Shown piece after piece: positions 22,166-30,731 of a DNA stretch of 32,000 bases. Positions within the stretch are counted from its first letter, which is position 1; every line of letters begins with the position of its first letter. A program made the translations under genes and the position numbers. The DNA comes from Candidatus Thalassarchaeaceae archaeon. Its GTDB lineage: Archaea > Thermoplasmatota > Poseidoniia > Poseidoniales > Thalassarchaeaceae. Location of the stretch: positions 270,001-302,000 of the forward strand of contig JBJLBP010000001.1 in the NCBI GenBank assembly GCA_045568075.1, given 5' to 3'. The notes under the pieces are model-generated. The model searched no databases. It saw only the letters and a program-made list of their open reading frames with translations, and had not been told where the DNA came from.

Positions 22166-22936
22166 ATGGTCGAACACGGCAGCTCAGGTTACCCTCTGGT
22201 CCTGCACTCCGCAGCGGACCCCACTAGGCTCGGTGGTACCGCCATTTGTGGATTCTCTACAGTCGGTTCTGTAGGGGTAATTGCGATGTCGCATATCATC
22301 CAAACGATGGGTCTTCACCCGATGGGAACGGTGCTCCATCCAGAGTTTCCTGCTATCGCACTCATCCACGATTCAGTCCCTAAGCACCCCGTTCGCGTCT
22401 ACCAAGGCGAAGGAATGGGCGTTTTCATCGCCGAAATTCAATTTCCGCCACAGAATGATGTGCACTTTGGAGAGACGGTTCTAGAATGGTTCACCAAAGG
22501 AGGGTTCGACCGTTTGATTGTCATCGACGGCGTCGTTAGCAATGATTTGGGAATCAAGGAGGAGAGCGACCTCTGGGGAGTCTCTTCGACTGCGATCGGT
22601 CGTGATGCGCTTGACGATTCTGGGATTCGGCGGATTCAGCAAGGAATTGTCTCAGGAATTTCTGGTTATCTGATTGCAGAAGGTGAGCGGCGCGGGCTCG
22701 ATGTCACCGCTCTTCTTGCTGAGTGTAATCCAATGTATCCAGATGCGCGTGCCGCTCTTCTCGCAATCGAAGGCGTTGCCGACTTACTCGACATGGAGAT
22801 TCCAGTTCAAGGTCTGCTAGAGGATGCTCGGGCCATCGAGGAACGTGTGCGCGAAGCTTTCGAGCGGGCTCAGGCGAATGCTCTACCAGCACCCGATGAT
22901 GATCGCGACGACGATGAAGTCAGAATGGTATACTGA
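22166..22936 (+). CDS. PAC2-family proteasome assembly chaperone homologue (second paralogue)
   Basis: 256-aa ORF. AICGFSTVGSVGVIAMSHIIQTMGL... parallels the first paralogue. The C-terminal tail is acidic and ends DDDEVRMVY, with Tyr as the last residue rather than the penultimate one. Confidence 0.7.
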   Translation: MVEHGSSGYPLVLHSAADPTRLGGTAICGFSTVGSVGVIAMSHIIQTMGLHPMGTVLHPEFPAIALIHDSVPKHPVRVYQGEGMGVFIAEIQFPPQNDVHFGETVLEWFTKGGFDRLIVIDGVVSNDLGIKEESDLWGVSSTAIGRDALDDSGIRRIQQGIVSGISGYLIAEGERRGLDVTALLAECNPMYPDARAALLAIEGVADLLDMEIPVQGLLEDARAIEERVREAFERAQANALPAPDDDRDDDEVRMVY

Positions 22937-22964
22937 GCCGTTGAATCGGCTGGATATAGCCGCC

Positions 22965-23534
22965 TCAGTAGAACGGATTTGTTCCGGCGGCGTGGTCGGT
23001 AGAATCGATGACCTCTGAGATCTCAGGAACCTTCTCCTTGATCATCACTTCAACGCCTTGCTTGAGGGTGACATCGGCCATGCCGCAACCTTGACAGCCG
23101 CCTCCAAAGGCAATAATCGCCTTGTTTTCGTCGACGCCGACAAGTTCGACAACGCCGCCGTGGCTTGCTACTGCAGGATTGACTTCATTGTTGATGATCT
23201 CAGCGACTTTCTTTGAGAGTTCGTCGACCCAGAGCGGATTTGGATTGTCAAAGGCGAAACCGCCGCCCATCAGCGTCTCCTTGAAATCGAGAGTTGAACC
23301 ATCGAGATATTGTGCGCTGCGTGCAGCAACACGGACCTTCATGCCCTCGACTTCGACGACGAGGTCATCGGTCGAACCTCCATCGGCCGTGACAAATTGT
23401 AAGTCGTATTGGAATCCCTTTGGCCCTCGGCCAATGATTTCTACACGCAGCGAAAGCTCCCCTCCATCCGCCTGCTCAGCGAAAGAATCGAGCATTTCGC
23501 GTGCCTTCGGGGTAATCGATAGCATGGCCATCAC
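22965..23534 (-). CDS. nfuA: Fe-S biogenesis protein NfuA-like (degenerate A-type carrier domain plus Nfu domain)
   Basis: 189-aa ORF. The N-terminal HesB/IscA-like fold lacks the Cys ligands (LSITPKAREMLDSF...). The C-terminal region is INPAVASHGGVVELVGVDENKAIIAFGGGCQGCGMADVTLKQGVE with the CxxC Nfu motif. Length and layout match E. coli NfuA. Confidence 0.85.
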   Translation of the reverse strand: MMAMLSITPKAREMLDSFAEQADGGELSLRVEIIGRGPKGFQYDLQFVTADGGSTDDLVVEVEGMKVRVAARSAQYLDGSTLDFKETLMGGGFAFDNPNPLWVDELSKKVAEIINNEVNPAVASHGGVVELVGVDENKAIIAFGGGCQGCGMADVTLKQGVEVMIKEKVPEISEVIDSTDHAAGTNPFY

Positions 23535-23644
23535 CCCCCTTCACAAGCCCCTCTCACTTCAATCTGTTCTCGCTCGGACCCCCCGGGACTATCGTAGTCT
23601 TGGTCTTCGGTAAACCCATTACCAATAGCAGACTAGACTCGGCA

Positions 23645-24655
23645 ATGGCGCCCGAGGAAGTCACCGACCGCCTCGGAAGACCTCTGCGTGATTTACGAAT
23701 TTCAGTCACCGACCGCTGTAACTTCCGTTGCCCTTACTGCATGCCGCGCGAGCGCTTTGGGGAGGATCACACATTTCTCCCGCGCCGCGCCTTCCTGACC
23801 TTTGATGAAATCGAAAAAGTCGTTCAGGCAAGCCTCCCTCTTGGTCTTGAAAAGGTCCGCTTAACAGGTGGCGAACCTCTTCTTCGCCCCGACCTCGCCG
23901 ATCTCGTTTCTCGTCTTTCGAACCTCGGTGTCGACCTAGCACTCACAACCAACGGCTCCCTACTCCGCCGCAACGCACCTGCACTCGCAGCAGCTGGTCT
24001 CTCGAGGGTCACTGTAAGTCTGGATGCCCTCGACGAAAACGTCCACCGAGTGATGTGTGATGCCGATGTGGGCGTCGCAGATGTCCTCGATGGAATAGAC
24101 GCGGCACTGGAGGCAGGGTTGTCACCAGTGAAGGTGAATTGTGTCATCAGGAGAGGGGTCAATGAAGAGCAGGCAGCCAAACTAGTCCACCACTTCCGCG
24201 GCACTGACGTCACCGTCCGATTCATTGAATTCATGGATGTGGGGCGGACAAATGGCTGGACTTTAGGAGAGGTTGTGCCGAGCAGGGATCTTCTCAAACA
24301 TCTACAGAAAGAATTCGATTTGATTCCGCTTGAGGCCGAGAACGCCTCCGATGTTGCTGTGCGATGGGGTCATTCGGATGGGTCTGGCGAAATCGGCCTG
24401 ATTTCTTCTGTAAGCGCGCCTTTCTGTGGAGATTGCGTGCGCGCGAGGATTTCTGCTGATGGAAGGCTATTCACTTGCTTATTCGCTTCTGGTGGCCACG
24501 ACCTTCGAGCTTTGATTCACAACGGTGCAAACGGAGGAAATCTAACTGCGGCCATCGCTGCAATCTGGACGCGTCGCGCTGATCGCTACTCTGAATTGCG
24601 TTCTGAGGAAACTTCTGCACTTCCACGAATCGAGATGTCATACATCGGCGGTTGA
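23645..24655 (+). CDS. moaA: GTP 3',8-cyclase MoaA (radical SAM, molybdenum cofactor biosynthesis)
   Basis: LRDLRISVTDRCNFRCPYCMP carries the CxxxCxxC radical-SAM motif. LTGGEPLLRPDL is present, and the C-terminal auxiliary cluster motif is FCGDCVRARISADGRLFTCLF. ATG 23645 is preferred over TTG 23600. Confidence 0.9.
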   Translation: MAPEEVTDRLGRPLRDLRISVTDRCNFRCPYCMPRERFGEDHTFLPRRAFLTFDEIEKVVQASLPLGLEKVRLTGGEPLLRPDLADLVSRLSNLGVDLALTTNGSLLRRNAPALAAAGLSRVTVSLDALDENVHRVMCDADVGVADVLDGIDAALEAGLSPVKVNCVIRRGVNEEQAAKLVHHFRGTDVTVRFIEFMDVGRTNGWTLGEVVPSRDLLKHLQKEFDLIPLEAENASDVAVRWGHSDGSGEIGLISSVSAPFCGDCVRARISADGRLFTCLFASGGHDLRALIHNGANGGNLTAAIAAIWTRRADRYSELRSEETSALPRIEMSYIGG

Positions 24656-25966
24656 GATCGTATCGATCGCTGCAAGCACCGCCGACCAAGGTGCATCAGT
24701 TCTAAACGAAGGCTCAGTATAGTGCGAAACTGATGCACTGTGACCCTGTTCTTTGAGGTAAGCAACCATCTTTGCAGGGCTCGGCGGCGAGCCTCGCTCA
24801 AGCCAACTTGCGAGTTCATCGACTGCAATTAGATGCGCTGCAGAGATTGATTCCGCTTCCTCTGCAAGATTGCGAACCGACCGCACAACTCGTCTTCGCT
24901 CTGCCTCGAAATCTGCTCCACTCCATCCGGCCGGGTCTTCGCCCGCAGCCTCTGGCCCACACATTTCGAGGGCGCGTTCAGTAGTCATGGACGACATTGC
25001 ATCTGCATTAGCAATCGGGCCAATCCACATAGGCCCTGAAACGCGTTTATCTTCACGAGCAACAGGGTGAGAAAGCGGAAGGAAACAACGTATTGGCAGG
25101 TCGCTACCGTCGTCAGCAGGGAGCAAACCTGCTGCAACCGAAGCATCGACTTCGGCTTGATTTGGAGTGTAAACTCTCCAGCCCAGTGATTCCTCGACAT
25201 CATTCGCACCAGTCATCACACGCCTCACGCTTACGGATACACGCAGATGGTGCGAATCCCAAATGGATAGCAAAGGCTCGATGCTTCGGTCATGGCGCGC
25301 TGCCGCGCGCGCGACTGTTGCCATCAGCACACGTAGTCCAGAATCGTGCTTCATTTTGTCCAGCCGAACTCTCGCCCCATAGCGCCGCATCAGTGGATTC
25401 TTCGATGATCCAGAGAGTGCGGCAGAATCGGTGGCGCTGACCTCCAATACACCGCGTCTGGCCAGCGCCTGAATCGCCGTATCGAGAAATGGTACGGGCG
25501 AGCCGAAAGGATCGATGTCAATCCAGTGCCATCCCTGAGAGAGTATGCTCGACCGTAAATCACCGAGAAGAGAATTGAATTCACCTCGACCGGCAGGAAA
25601 CTCAGATTCGGTCGCCATTGCCCAATCAAGAGCATTCTGATTCATATCACCTGCAGTTGCAATCAAACGTTCTCCAATCCCCTCTGGTAATTCATGCAAC
25701 CAACGCCTCGCGCGCAAGCCAGATGCGCTGAGCCCATCGATCGCTCGAATTGGCCCATCGCCCAAAATTCCAGACTCGATAACATGCGCCATCAGTAGCA
25801 CGCTACGTGTGCGCGAGCCGGCCATTGCTGGATTATGAAAGACCGCATCGGAGCTCTTTGCAGCAGGGCCTCTTGTTGTCGAATCGGGAGCGCTAGTAAC
25901 TCGGGTTAGCGTGCGCCCTTCCCTGTGGATGAGGCCAGGCCAGCCTGGAAGAGTCGGAGTTCCCAC
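24638..25966 (-). CDS. trm1: tRNA (guanine26-N2)-dimethyltransferase Trm1
   Basis: 442-aa ORF with a GTG start. The motifs IHREGRTL...AVFHNPAMAGSRTRSV (vFYNPxMxxNRD-like) and IDIDPFGSPVPFLDTAIQALARRGVLEVSATDSAALSG are Trm1 signatures. The 3' end overlaps the moaA 3' end by 18 nt. Confidence 0.85.
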   Translation of the reverse strand: MGTPTLPGWPGLIHREGRTLTRVTSAPDSTTRGPAAKSSDAVFHNPAMAGSRTRSVLLMAHVIESGILGDGPIRAIDGLSASGLRARRWLHELPEGIGERLIATAGDMNQNALDWAMATESEFPAGRGEFNSLLGDLRSSILSQGWHWIDIDPFGSPVPFLDTAIQALARRGVLEVSATDSAALSGSSKNPLMRRYGARVRLDKMKHDSGLRVLMATVARAAARHDRSIEPLLSIWDSHHLRVSVSVRRVMTGANDVEESLGWRVYTPNQAEVDASVAAGLLPADDGSDLPIRCFLPLSHPVAREDKRVSGPMWIGPIANADAMSSMTTERALEMCGPEAAGEDPAGWSGADFEAERRRVVRSVRNLAEEAESISAAHLIAVDELASWLERGSPPSPAKMVAYLKEQGHSASVSHYTEPSFRTDAPWSAVLAAIDTISTADV

Positions 25967-26038
25967 GACGCGACGGGCGAGCCCTCACACATTGGCTTGA
26001 CTGCTCGCAAGAGTTAGGCAAATCGATGCGATGACGGC

Positions 26039-27184
26039 TCAATAATGCTCGAATAGAACACGCGAATCGGCATGCGTCACTCGGTGCCCATCATCGGTTA
26101 CAACACCAACTTTTCGACAGCCGGGCAACCTCTCAGTAAGCCATTTTTCCACTGATTCAGCAACTTCTGTGGAGACCGCGAGACACATACCCATACCCAT
26201 GTTGAAAACACGGTGCATCTCGAGTGTTTCGACAGGTCCGACCTCGGCCATCCAAGTAAACTCGGGTGGAATTGGCAGCGGGTCTGAGATGTGCCAACCG
26301 AGGCTCTCGTGGAGTCTCAGAAGATTCGACAATCCACCTCCGGTAATGTGCGCGATGGCCTTCAGATCTTTACTAGCACACGGGCCCGATTCATCTCTAC
26401 AAGCATCGATCAAATCGATAATCGGATTTACATAGATTCGAGTAGGATTCAGTAAGACTTCACCCAAGGTAGCTCCGGATTCATCCGCACCCTCAATTTC
26501 ACGTCCGGGGTGAGTCGCATCGAACGGCGCGGGATCCGTCAATTCCAAACCCGATTTCTCAACAACAGCACGAAGCAGCGTGTAACCATTGGAATGGACT
26601 CCACTACTTGGCAAGCCGATGATTACGTCTCCCGCCGCTAATCCCTCTCCGGTAATTGCTGAGCCAGCAGGAAACCATCCAAGGGCAGTACCCGACAAGT
26701 CGAGTTCGGTGACAATTCCAGGAAGTGTCGCTGTTTCGCCACCGGCCAGTGTGATTCGAGCACGACGGCAGGCTTCGGCAAGAGATGCTCCGATGACTGC
26801 GTGAACCTCAGGGTTCGTTTCAGGAACTGCGATGTAATCGACGAAGGCGAGTGGTTCTGCACCGACGCACAAGAGGTCATTGACATTCATTGCCACACAA
26901 TCGATACCGACCCCCTCGTAGCGACTGAGTTGGTTAGCCAATTGTAACTTCGAACCTACTCCATCGGTCGCTAGAGCCAAGCGTGAATCTCCGAATTCAA
27001 TAATTCCACCGAAGCCACCGGGTAGAGGAACAGGAGCACCTCGAGTTCCGGCTTGTCTTACTGAACCACTGAGTGAACCAATTAGGCTGGCAATAGCAGC
27101 ACCTTCGGCATCGATGTCGACACCGCTGCTGGCATAGTCCATCGGGGTGTCTACCACGACTGAAACGCAAGGGCGGGACTTCAT
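26039..27184 (-). CDS. purM: Phosphoribosylformylglycinamidine cyclo-ligase (AIR synthetase) PurM
   Basis: YASSGVDIDAEGAAIASL...GGFGG...LATDGVGSKLQLA...GIDCVAMNVNDLLCVGAEPLAFVDY...GGETA. An alternative start at ATG 27142 (MDYASSGVDID) fits typical PurM N-termini better. Confidence 0.92.
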   Translation of the reverse strand: MKSRPCVSVVVDTPMDYASSGVDIDAEGAAIASLIGSLSGSVRQAGTRGAPVPLPGGFGGIIEFGDSRLALATDGVGSKLQLANQLSRYEGVGIDCVAMNVNDLLCVGAEPLAFVDYIAVPETNPEVHAVIGASLAEACRRARITLAGGETATLPGIVTELDLSGTALGWFPAGSAITGEGLAAGDVIIGLPSSGVHSNGYTLLRAVVEKSGLELTDPAPFDATHPGREIEGADESGATLGEVLLNPTRIYVNPIIDLIDACRDESGPCASKDLKAIAHITGGGLSNLLRLHESLGWHISDPLPIPPEFTWMAEVGPVETLEMHRVFNMGMGMCLAVSTEVAESVEKWLTERLPGCRKVGVVTDDGHRVTHADSRVLFEHY

Positions 27185-27505
27185 GATTCAATCGGCGGGA
27201 GGAGGTCGGATTTAGAACGAGATTTGTTTTCTTTCAAATGCTGAAAATCAATCGCATTATTCGGATTACGTTCGATGTGGTAAACTCAATATTTTTTGGT
27301 AGTTTCAGTTTAACCGAATTACAACTAAATAATTCCGAAATTCGGAGTTGTTTGTTTTAAAAATCCCCTTAATGTGTAATAAACACCCGCAGTACCCCAC
27401 TTTTTGGTATCGAAGACTTCCTGTTCCCAAACCCCTGAAAACGGTGTGTTTAGAATCAAAATAGCGAACTTCTATAACAAATACGGAATGTGGTAGGCTG
27501 CACTA
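27185..27505. promoter_or_regulatory. AT-rich divergent intergenic region (purM <-> ABC transporter) with TATA-like boxes and repeated ATTCGG half-sites
   Basis: This is visibly the most AT-rich stretch of the window. TCTATAACAAATA (27471-27483) lies about 25 nt upstream of ATG 27506, and TTTTAAAAAT lies near 27355. The palindrome TCCGAAATTCGGA is at 27334-27346. Further ATTCGG/CCGAAT half-sites lie near 27260 and 27314. TTTTTGGTA occurs twice, near 27294 and 27401. Confidence 0.5.
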
Positions 27506-30500
27506 ATGAGCGTGAGATACACCATGTTAGACAAGAAAATGATTGCAATGCTGATGACTCTCAGTATGCTTGCGGCTGCGTTCGCAGGCTGTCTGGGTGG
27601 GGAAGATGAGGACGATGACTGGACTCTGATGCCAGCTGACGATGTGTCGGCTGACTTCGTGACTTCAGACTGGGACCCAATCATCCCCAATTTGAACGAC
27701 GGCGAGATGTGCGATGCCATTATCTCGGCGATGACGAAGACGGAGGAGCGCGACCAAGTCGTCGACTTCACTCGTGGTTACTACACAAGTAGCCAGGGTG
27801 TAATCGGTGCGGCTGGATCCGCAGCTATCTCGGACGTCTCGGACCTGAATGCGGCTGGTACAACCGTCGCTGTTCAATCCGGAACGACCTCTGACCTCTA
27901 TGCCCAAGACAATCTTGCGGCCGCGACAATTGTTGCGTACGGAGATTTCCCCTCGGTCATAGCGGCAGTCGGAAACGGTGAGGCGGACTACGCCATGGGT
28001 GATTCACCTGTGCTCGCGCTGTCTGGCGACCTGATGACGACTTTCTCAGATGAGACCTTCGGACTCGCAGTCCGTGAGGACTCGGGCGAATTGCTCGATG
28101 CCCTCAATGTCGCAATCACTGCGATTGTTGACTCTGGCGAGTACGATGCCATCTTTGGCGCTTGGTTCGACGGAGCTGTCGTCCTCACGGATGACCGCAA
28201 TGACGACACCGCGACCTCGTACCCAACCCCAAGTGAGGGTTCAACCCTCTCTGCGGTTCTCGAGTCCGGTTCGCTCATGTTGTGCTCTGACACTGCTTAC
28301 CCGCCGTTCGAGAGCCTCGATGAGGACGGTAACGCTGTTGGATTCGACGTTGACGTCGCAAACGCGCTTGTCGATGAGATCGCTGCTCACTACATGGGTA
28401 ACGATAACCCAGTATTCGTAGCTCCAGTATCAGAATCAATGAAGATTGGTATGCTAAACCCAATGACTGGTCCAATCGCAGTCTATGCACCTCCGTTCAC
28501 GGTGTCTGCACAGATGGCAATTGACGACCTCAATGCAATGGGCGGAAACTTCGAGCTTGTAGAGGCTGACTCGGGCTGTGACGGTACTGTCGCAGCAACA
28601 GCAGCACAGGCTCTTGTCGACGCTGGTGTTGTAGGTGTCGCTGGTGCAGCATGTTCCGGTGCTTCAATGGGTGCTAACGCAGTACTCAGTGCAGCAGGAG
28701 TTGTACAGGTGTCATACGCAAGTACTAACCCTGGTCTTTCTGACTCTGCTGCTTACCCACACTTCTACCGTGTGGTTCCAAGCGATGCAATTCAGGGACC
28801 CGCCATGTCTGACATGGTGGGCGCTACTGGCGCGGCCAACCCGGCTCTGCTGCACATGACCAACGACTACGGTTCTGGTCTAGCAGACGCCTTCGCGGAC
28901 GCTTGGGGTGGGGAGGAATTCCTTTGCACCAAGATCGGATACGCGGATGACCAAACAGACTTCGCAGCAGAAGTACAGGCCATCGCCGACGCTGGTTGCG
29001 ACTCGGTGGTCATGGTGACTTACTCTGCAGATGGTGCTGCTATCCTTGAGACAATGGCCTACCTCGGCCTAGCTCTGCCAACTTTCGGCGCTGACGGAAT
29101 TGCAGACGGAGCCTTCTTGGAAGACTTTTCAGCCCCTGCTGCTGCTAACGGTGTCCAAGCTACTAAGCCTCGAGCAGGCTCTAGTGCTGGAGACTTCGTA
29201 GAGCGCTGTGCTGCAGATGCAGACTGTGCTGGTGGTATCTACACTGCTGAGACATACGACGCAGTAATGATGATTGGAAAGGCCGCTATGATGGAAGACG
29301 GCGCTAACATGCCCACACACATGGGAATGGTCGGCACTGACTACCAAGGAGCATCAGGAGTACACACTTTCGATGCTGCAGGCGACGTCGCAGGTGCAGG
29401 TTACGATATTTGCAGCTTCGATGCGCTATCAAGCACAGATGTCTTCTTCAGCTGCCGAGCTTACTGGACCCGTGACGGTGGAGTCGCTGCAAGCGAGTTC
29501 ACTGGCGCGACCGTCAAGGTTGGTTTCCTTAACCCAATGACAGGTCCAATTGCTGTCTACGCACCGGGCTTCGGAGTTGCGGCAAACGTCGCTCTTGGAA
29601 TGATGAACATCGCAGGCTGGGGATCCGGCCTACAGTTCGAAATGGTCATGGCCGATTCAGGCTGTGATGGAACTGCAGCAGCTGCTGCAGCCCAGACTCT
29701 AGTAGATGCTGGAGTTATTGGTGTAGTTGGAGCAGCATGTTCTGGTGCTACAATGGCCGCTAACGCTGTTCTCAGCGCAGCCGGAATCCCAATGATCTCG
29801 TACGCAAGTACTAACCCAGGTCTAAGTGATGCAACAGCATATCCACACTTCTTCCGTGTGGTTCCAAGCGATGCGATTCAGGGCCCTGCTCTAGCTGATG
29901 TAGTCACTGCAGGTGGCTCCAGCAACATCGCACTTCTGCACATGACCAACGACTACGGTTCAGGTCTTGCAGATTCGTTCGACGCTGCTTGGACGGATGC
30001 AGGTAACACACTCTGCACCAAGATAGGCTATGCTGACACCGATACCGACTTTACCTCTCAGGTTCAGTCAGTTGTCGATGGTGGCTGTGACAGTGTAATG
30101 TTGATTTCGTACGCTGCAGATGGTGCTGCAATCGTTGAGGAGTTATCTGCTCAAGGATTCGCTGGTGCAATCTACGGTGGAGATGGAGTTGCTGAAGAGG
30201 GACTTTGTGCCTCTATGGCAGACAACTCAATCTGTGACGGAATAGTTGCTACCAAGCCAGCATCTGCTACACCTAACGAGCGCTCGATGGCTTTCGCCGC
30301 AATTTGTGGCGATATTCCAGACTGTGCTGGTGGTATCTACACCGCTGAGGCATTCGATGCTATGATCATCATGGGATACGCGTACTTCGCAGGCGCATCT
30401 GCACCTGCTGGTACCTCAATGACCCAGTTGATTGCAGCAACAGGCCAAGGCTTCGTTGGTGCTAGTGGTGTCCACAGCTTCGATGCTGCTGGAGATGTAG

Positions 30501-30604
30501 CCGGTAACGGATACTGCGTCGGTACGTTCAACGTCGACGCGGGCGCTGTGTCGTTCGACTGCGACCGATTCTGGTCGCGCGACGCCGGCGTGCAAAACGC
30601 GTGA
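27506..30604 (+). CDS. Triple-domain ABC substrate-binding lipoprotein: PBP2 (polar amino-acid type) domain plus two tandem LivK-like PBP1 domains
   Basis: 1032-aa ORF. The signal plus lipobox-like sequence is MLMTLSMLAAAFAGC. The SBP_bac_3-like segment is DWDPIIPNLNDGEMCDAIISAMTKTEERDQVVDFTRGYY...AWFDG. Two LivK-like units each start K(I/V)G(M/F)LNPMTGPIAVYAP and contain ADSGCDG...GAACSGA...SYASTNPGLSD..YPHF(Y/F)RVVPSD. Confidence 0.88.
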   Translation: MSVRYTMLDKKMIAMLMTLSMLAAAFAGCLGGEDEDDDWTLMPADDVSADFVTSDWDPIIPNLNDGEMCDAIISAMTKTEERDQVVDFTRGYYTSSQGVIGAAGSAAISDVSDLNAAGTTVAVQSGTTSDLYAQDNLAAATIVAYGDFPSVIAAVGNGEADYAMGDSPVLALSGDLMTTFSDETFGLAVREDSGELLDALNVAITAIVDSGEYDAIFGAWFDGAVVLTDDRNDDTATSYPTPSEGSTLSAVLESGSLMLCSDTAYPPFESLDEDGNAVGFDVDVANALVDEIAAHYMGNDNPVFVAPVSESMKIGMLNPMTGPIAVYAPPFTVSAQMAIDDLNAMGGNFELVEADSGCDGTVAATAAQALVDAGVVGVAGAACSGASMGANAVLSAAGVVQVSYASTNPGLSDSAAYPHFYRVVPSDAIQGPAMSDMVGATGAANPALLHMTNDYGSGLADAFADAWGGEEFLCTKIGYADDQTDFAAEVQAIADAGCDSVVMVTYSADGAAILETMAYLGLALPTFGADGIADGAFLEDFSAPAAANGVQATKPRAGSSAGDFVERCAADADCAGGIYTAETYDAVMMIGKAAMMEDGANMPTHMGMVGTDYQGASGVHTFDAAGDVAGAGYDICSFDALSSTDVFFSCRAYWTRDGGVAASEFTGATVKVGFLNPMTGPIAVYAPGFGVAANVALGMMNIAGWGSGLQFEMVMADSGCDGTAAAAAAQTLVDAGVIGVVGAACSGATMAANAVLSAAGIPMISYASTNPGLSDATAYPHFFRVVPSDAIQGPALADVVTAGGSSNIALLHMTNDYGSGLADSFDAAWTDAGNTLCTKIGYADTDTDFTSQVQSVVDGGCDSVMLISYAADGAAIVEELSAQGFAGAIYGGDGVAEEGLCASMADNSICDGIVATKPASATPNERSMAFAAICGDIPDCAGGIYTAEAFDAMIIMGYAYFAGASAPAGTSMTQLIAATGQGFVGASGVHSFDAAGDVAGNGYCVGTFNVDAGAVSFDCDRFWSRDAGVQNA
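28442..30601 (+). repeat. Intragenic tandem duplication (two LivK-like units of about 1.08 kb each)
   Basis: Unit 1 starts at AAG 28442 and unit 2 at AAG 29516, an offset of 1074 nt. Later anchors are offset by 1086 nt (TACGCAAGTACTAACCC at 28715 vs 29801; CACATGACCAACGACTACGG at 28853 vs 29939), implying a 12-nt indel. The stretch CCACACTTCTxCCGTGTGGTTCCAAGCGATGCxATTCAGGG is nearly identical in both units. Confidence 0.9.
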
Positions 30605-30638
30605 ACTCGTAGAGAACACGCACTGGGAACGTAAAGCT

Positions 30639-30684
30639 CCCCAGCGGGAAATACCCGCTGGGGGGCCCCCCTAACCCCCTTTTT
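30639..30684 (+). terminator. Perfect 10-bp GC-rich hairpin followed by a C-rich tract and T5
   Basis: CCCCAGCGGG-AAATA-CCCGCTGGGG (30639-30663) lies 35 nt after the SBP stop. It is followed by GGCCCCCCTAACCCCC and TTTTT (30680-30684). It may attenuate read-through into the permease gene. Confidence 0.55.
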
Positions 30685-30731
30685 GAAACTGCAGAGTTGA
30701 AACTGAATTCTAATTCCCAACGGTGTGCCAG

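Noticed and set aside
23535-23644. Possible Moco riboswitch upstream of moaA
   Set aside because: The spacer is only about 110 nt, and I could not find the conserved stems and loops of the Moco RNA motif. That element is bacterial and is not expected in an archaeal host.
23122-24297. 163-aa plus ORF (23122-23613) and 157-aa minus ORF (23824-24297)
   Set aside because: They are antisense to nfuA and moaA respectively, both of which have strong family signatures. Their translations are Ser/Arg/Thr-rich low-complexity sequence.
28050-28421. 123-aa alternative-frame ORF and several antisense ORFs within the SBP gene (27472-27771, 27988-28293, 30337-30720)
   Set aside because: They are embedded in or antisense to a gene with strong, repeated SBP signatures. 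The Ala/Gly-rich GC-skewed codons generate long open shadow frames.
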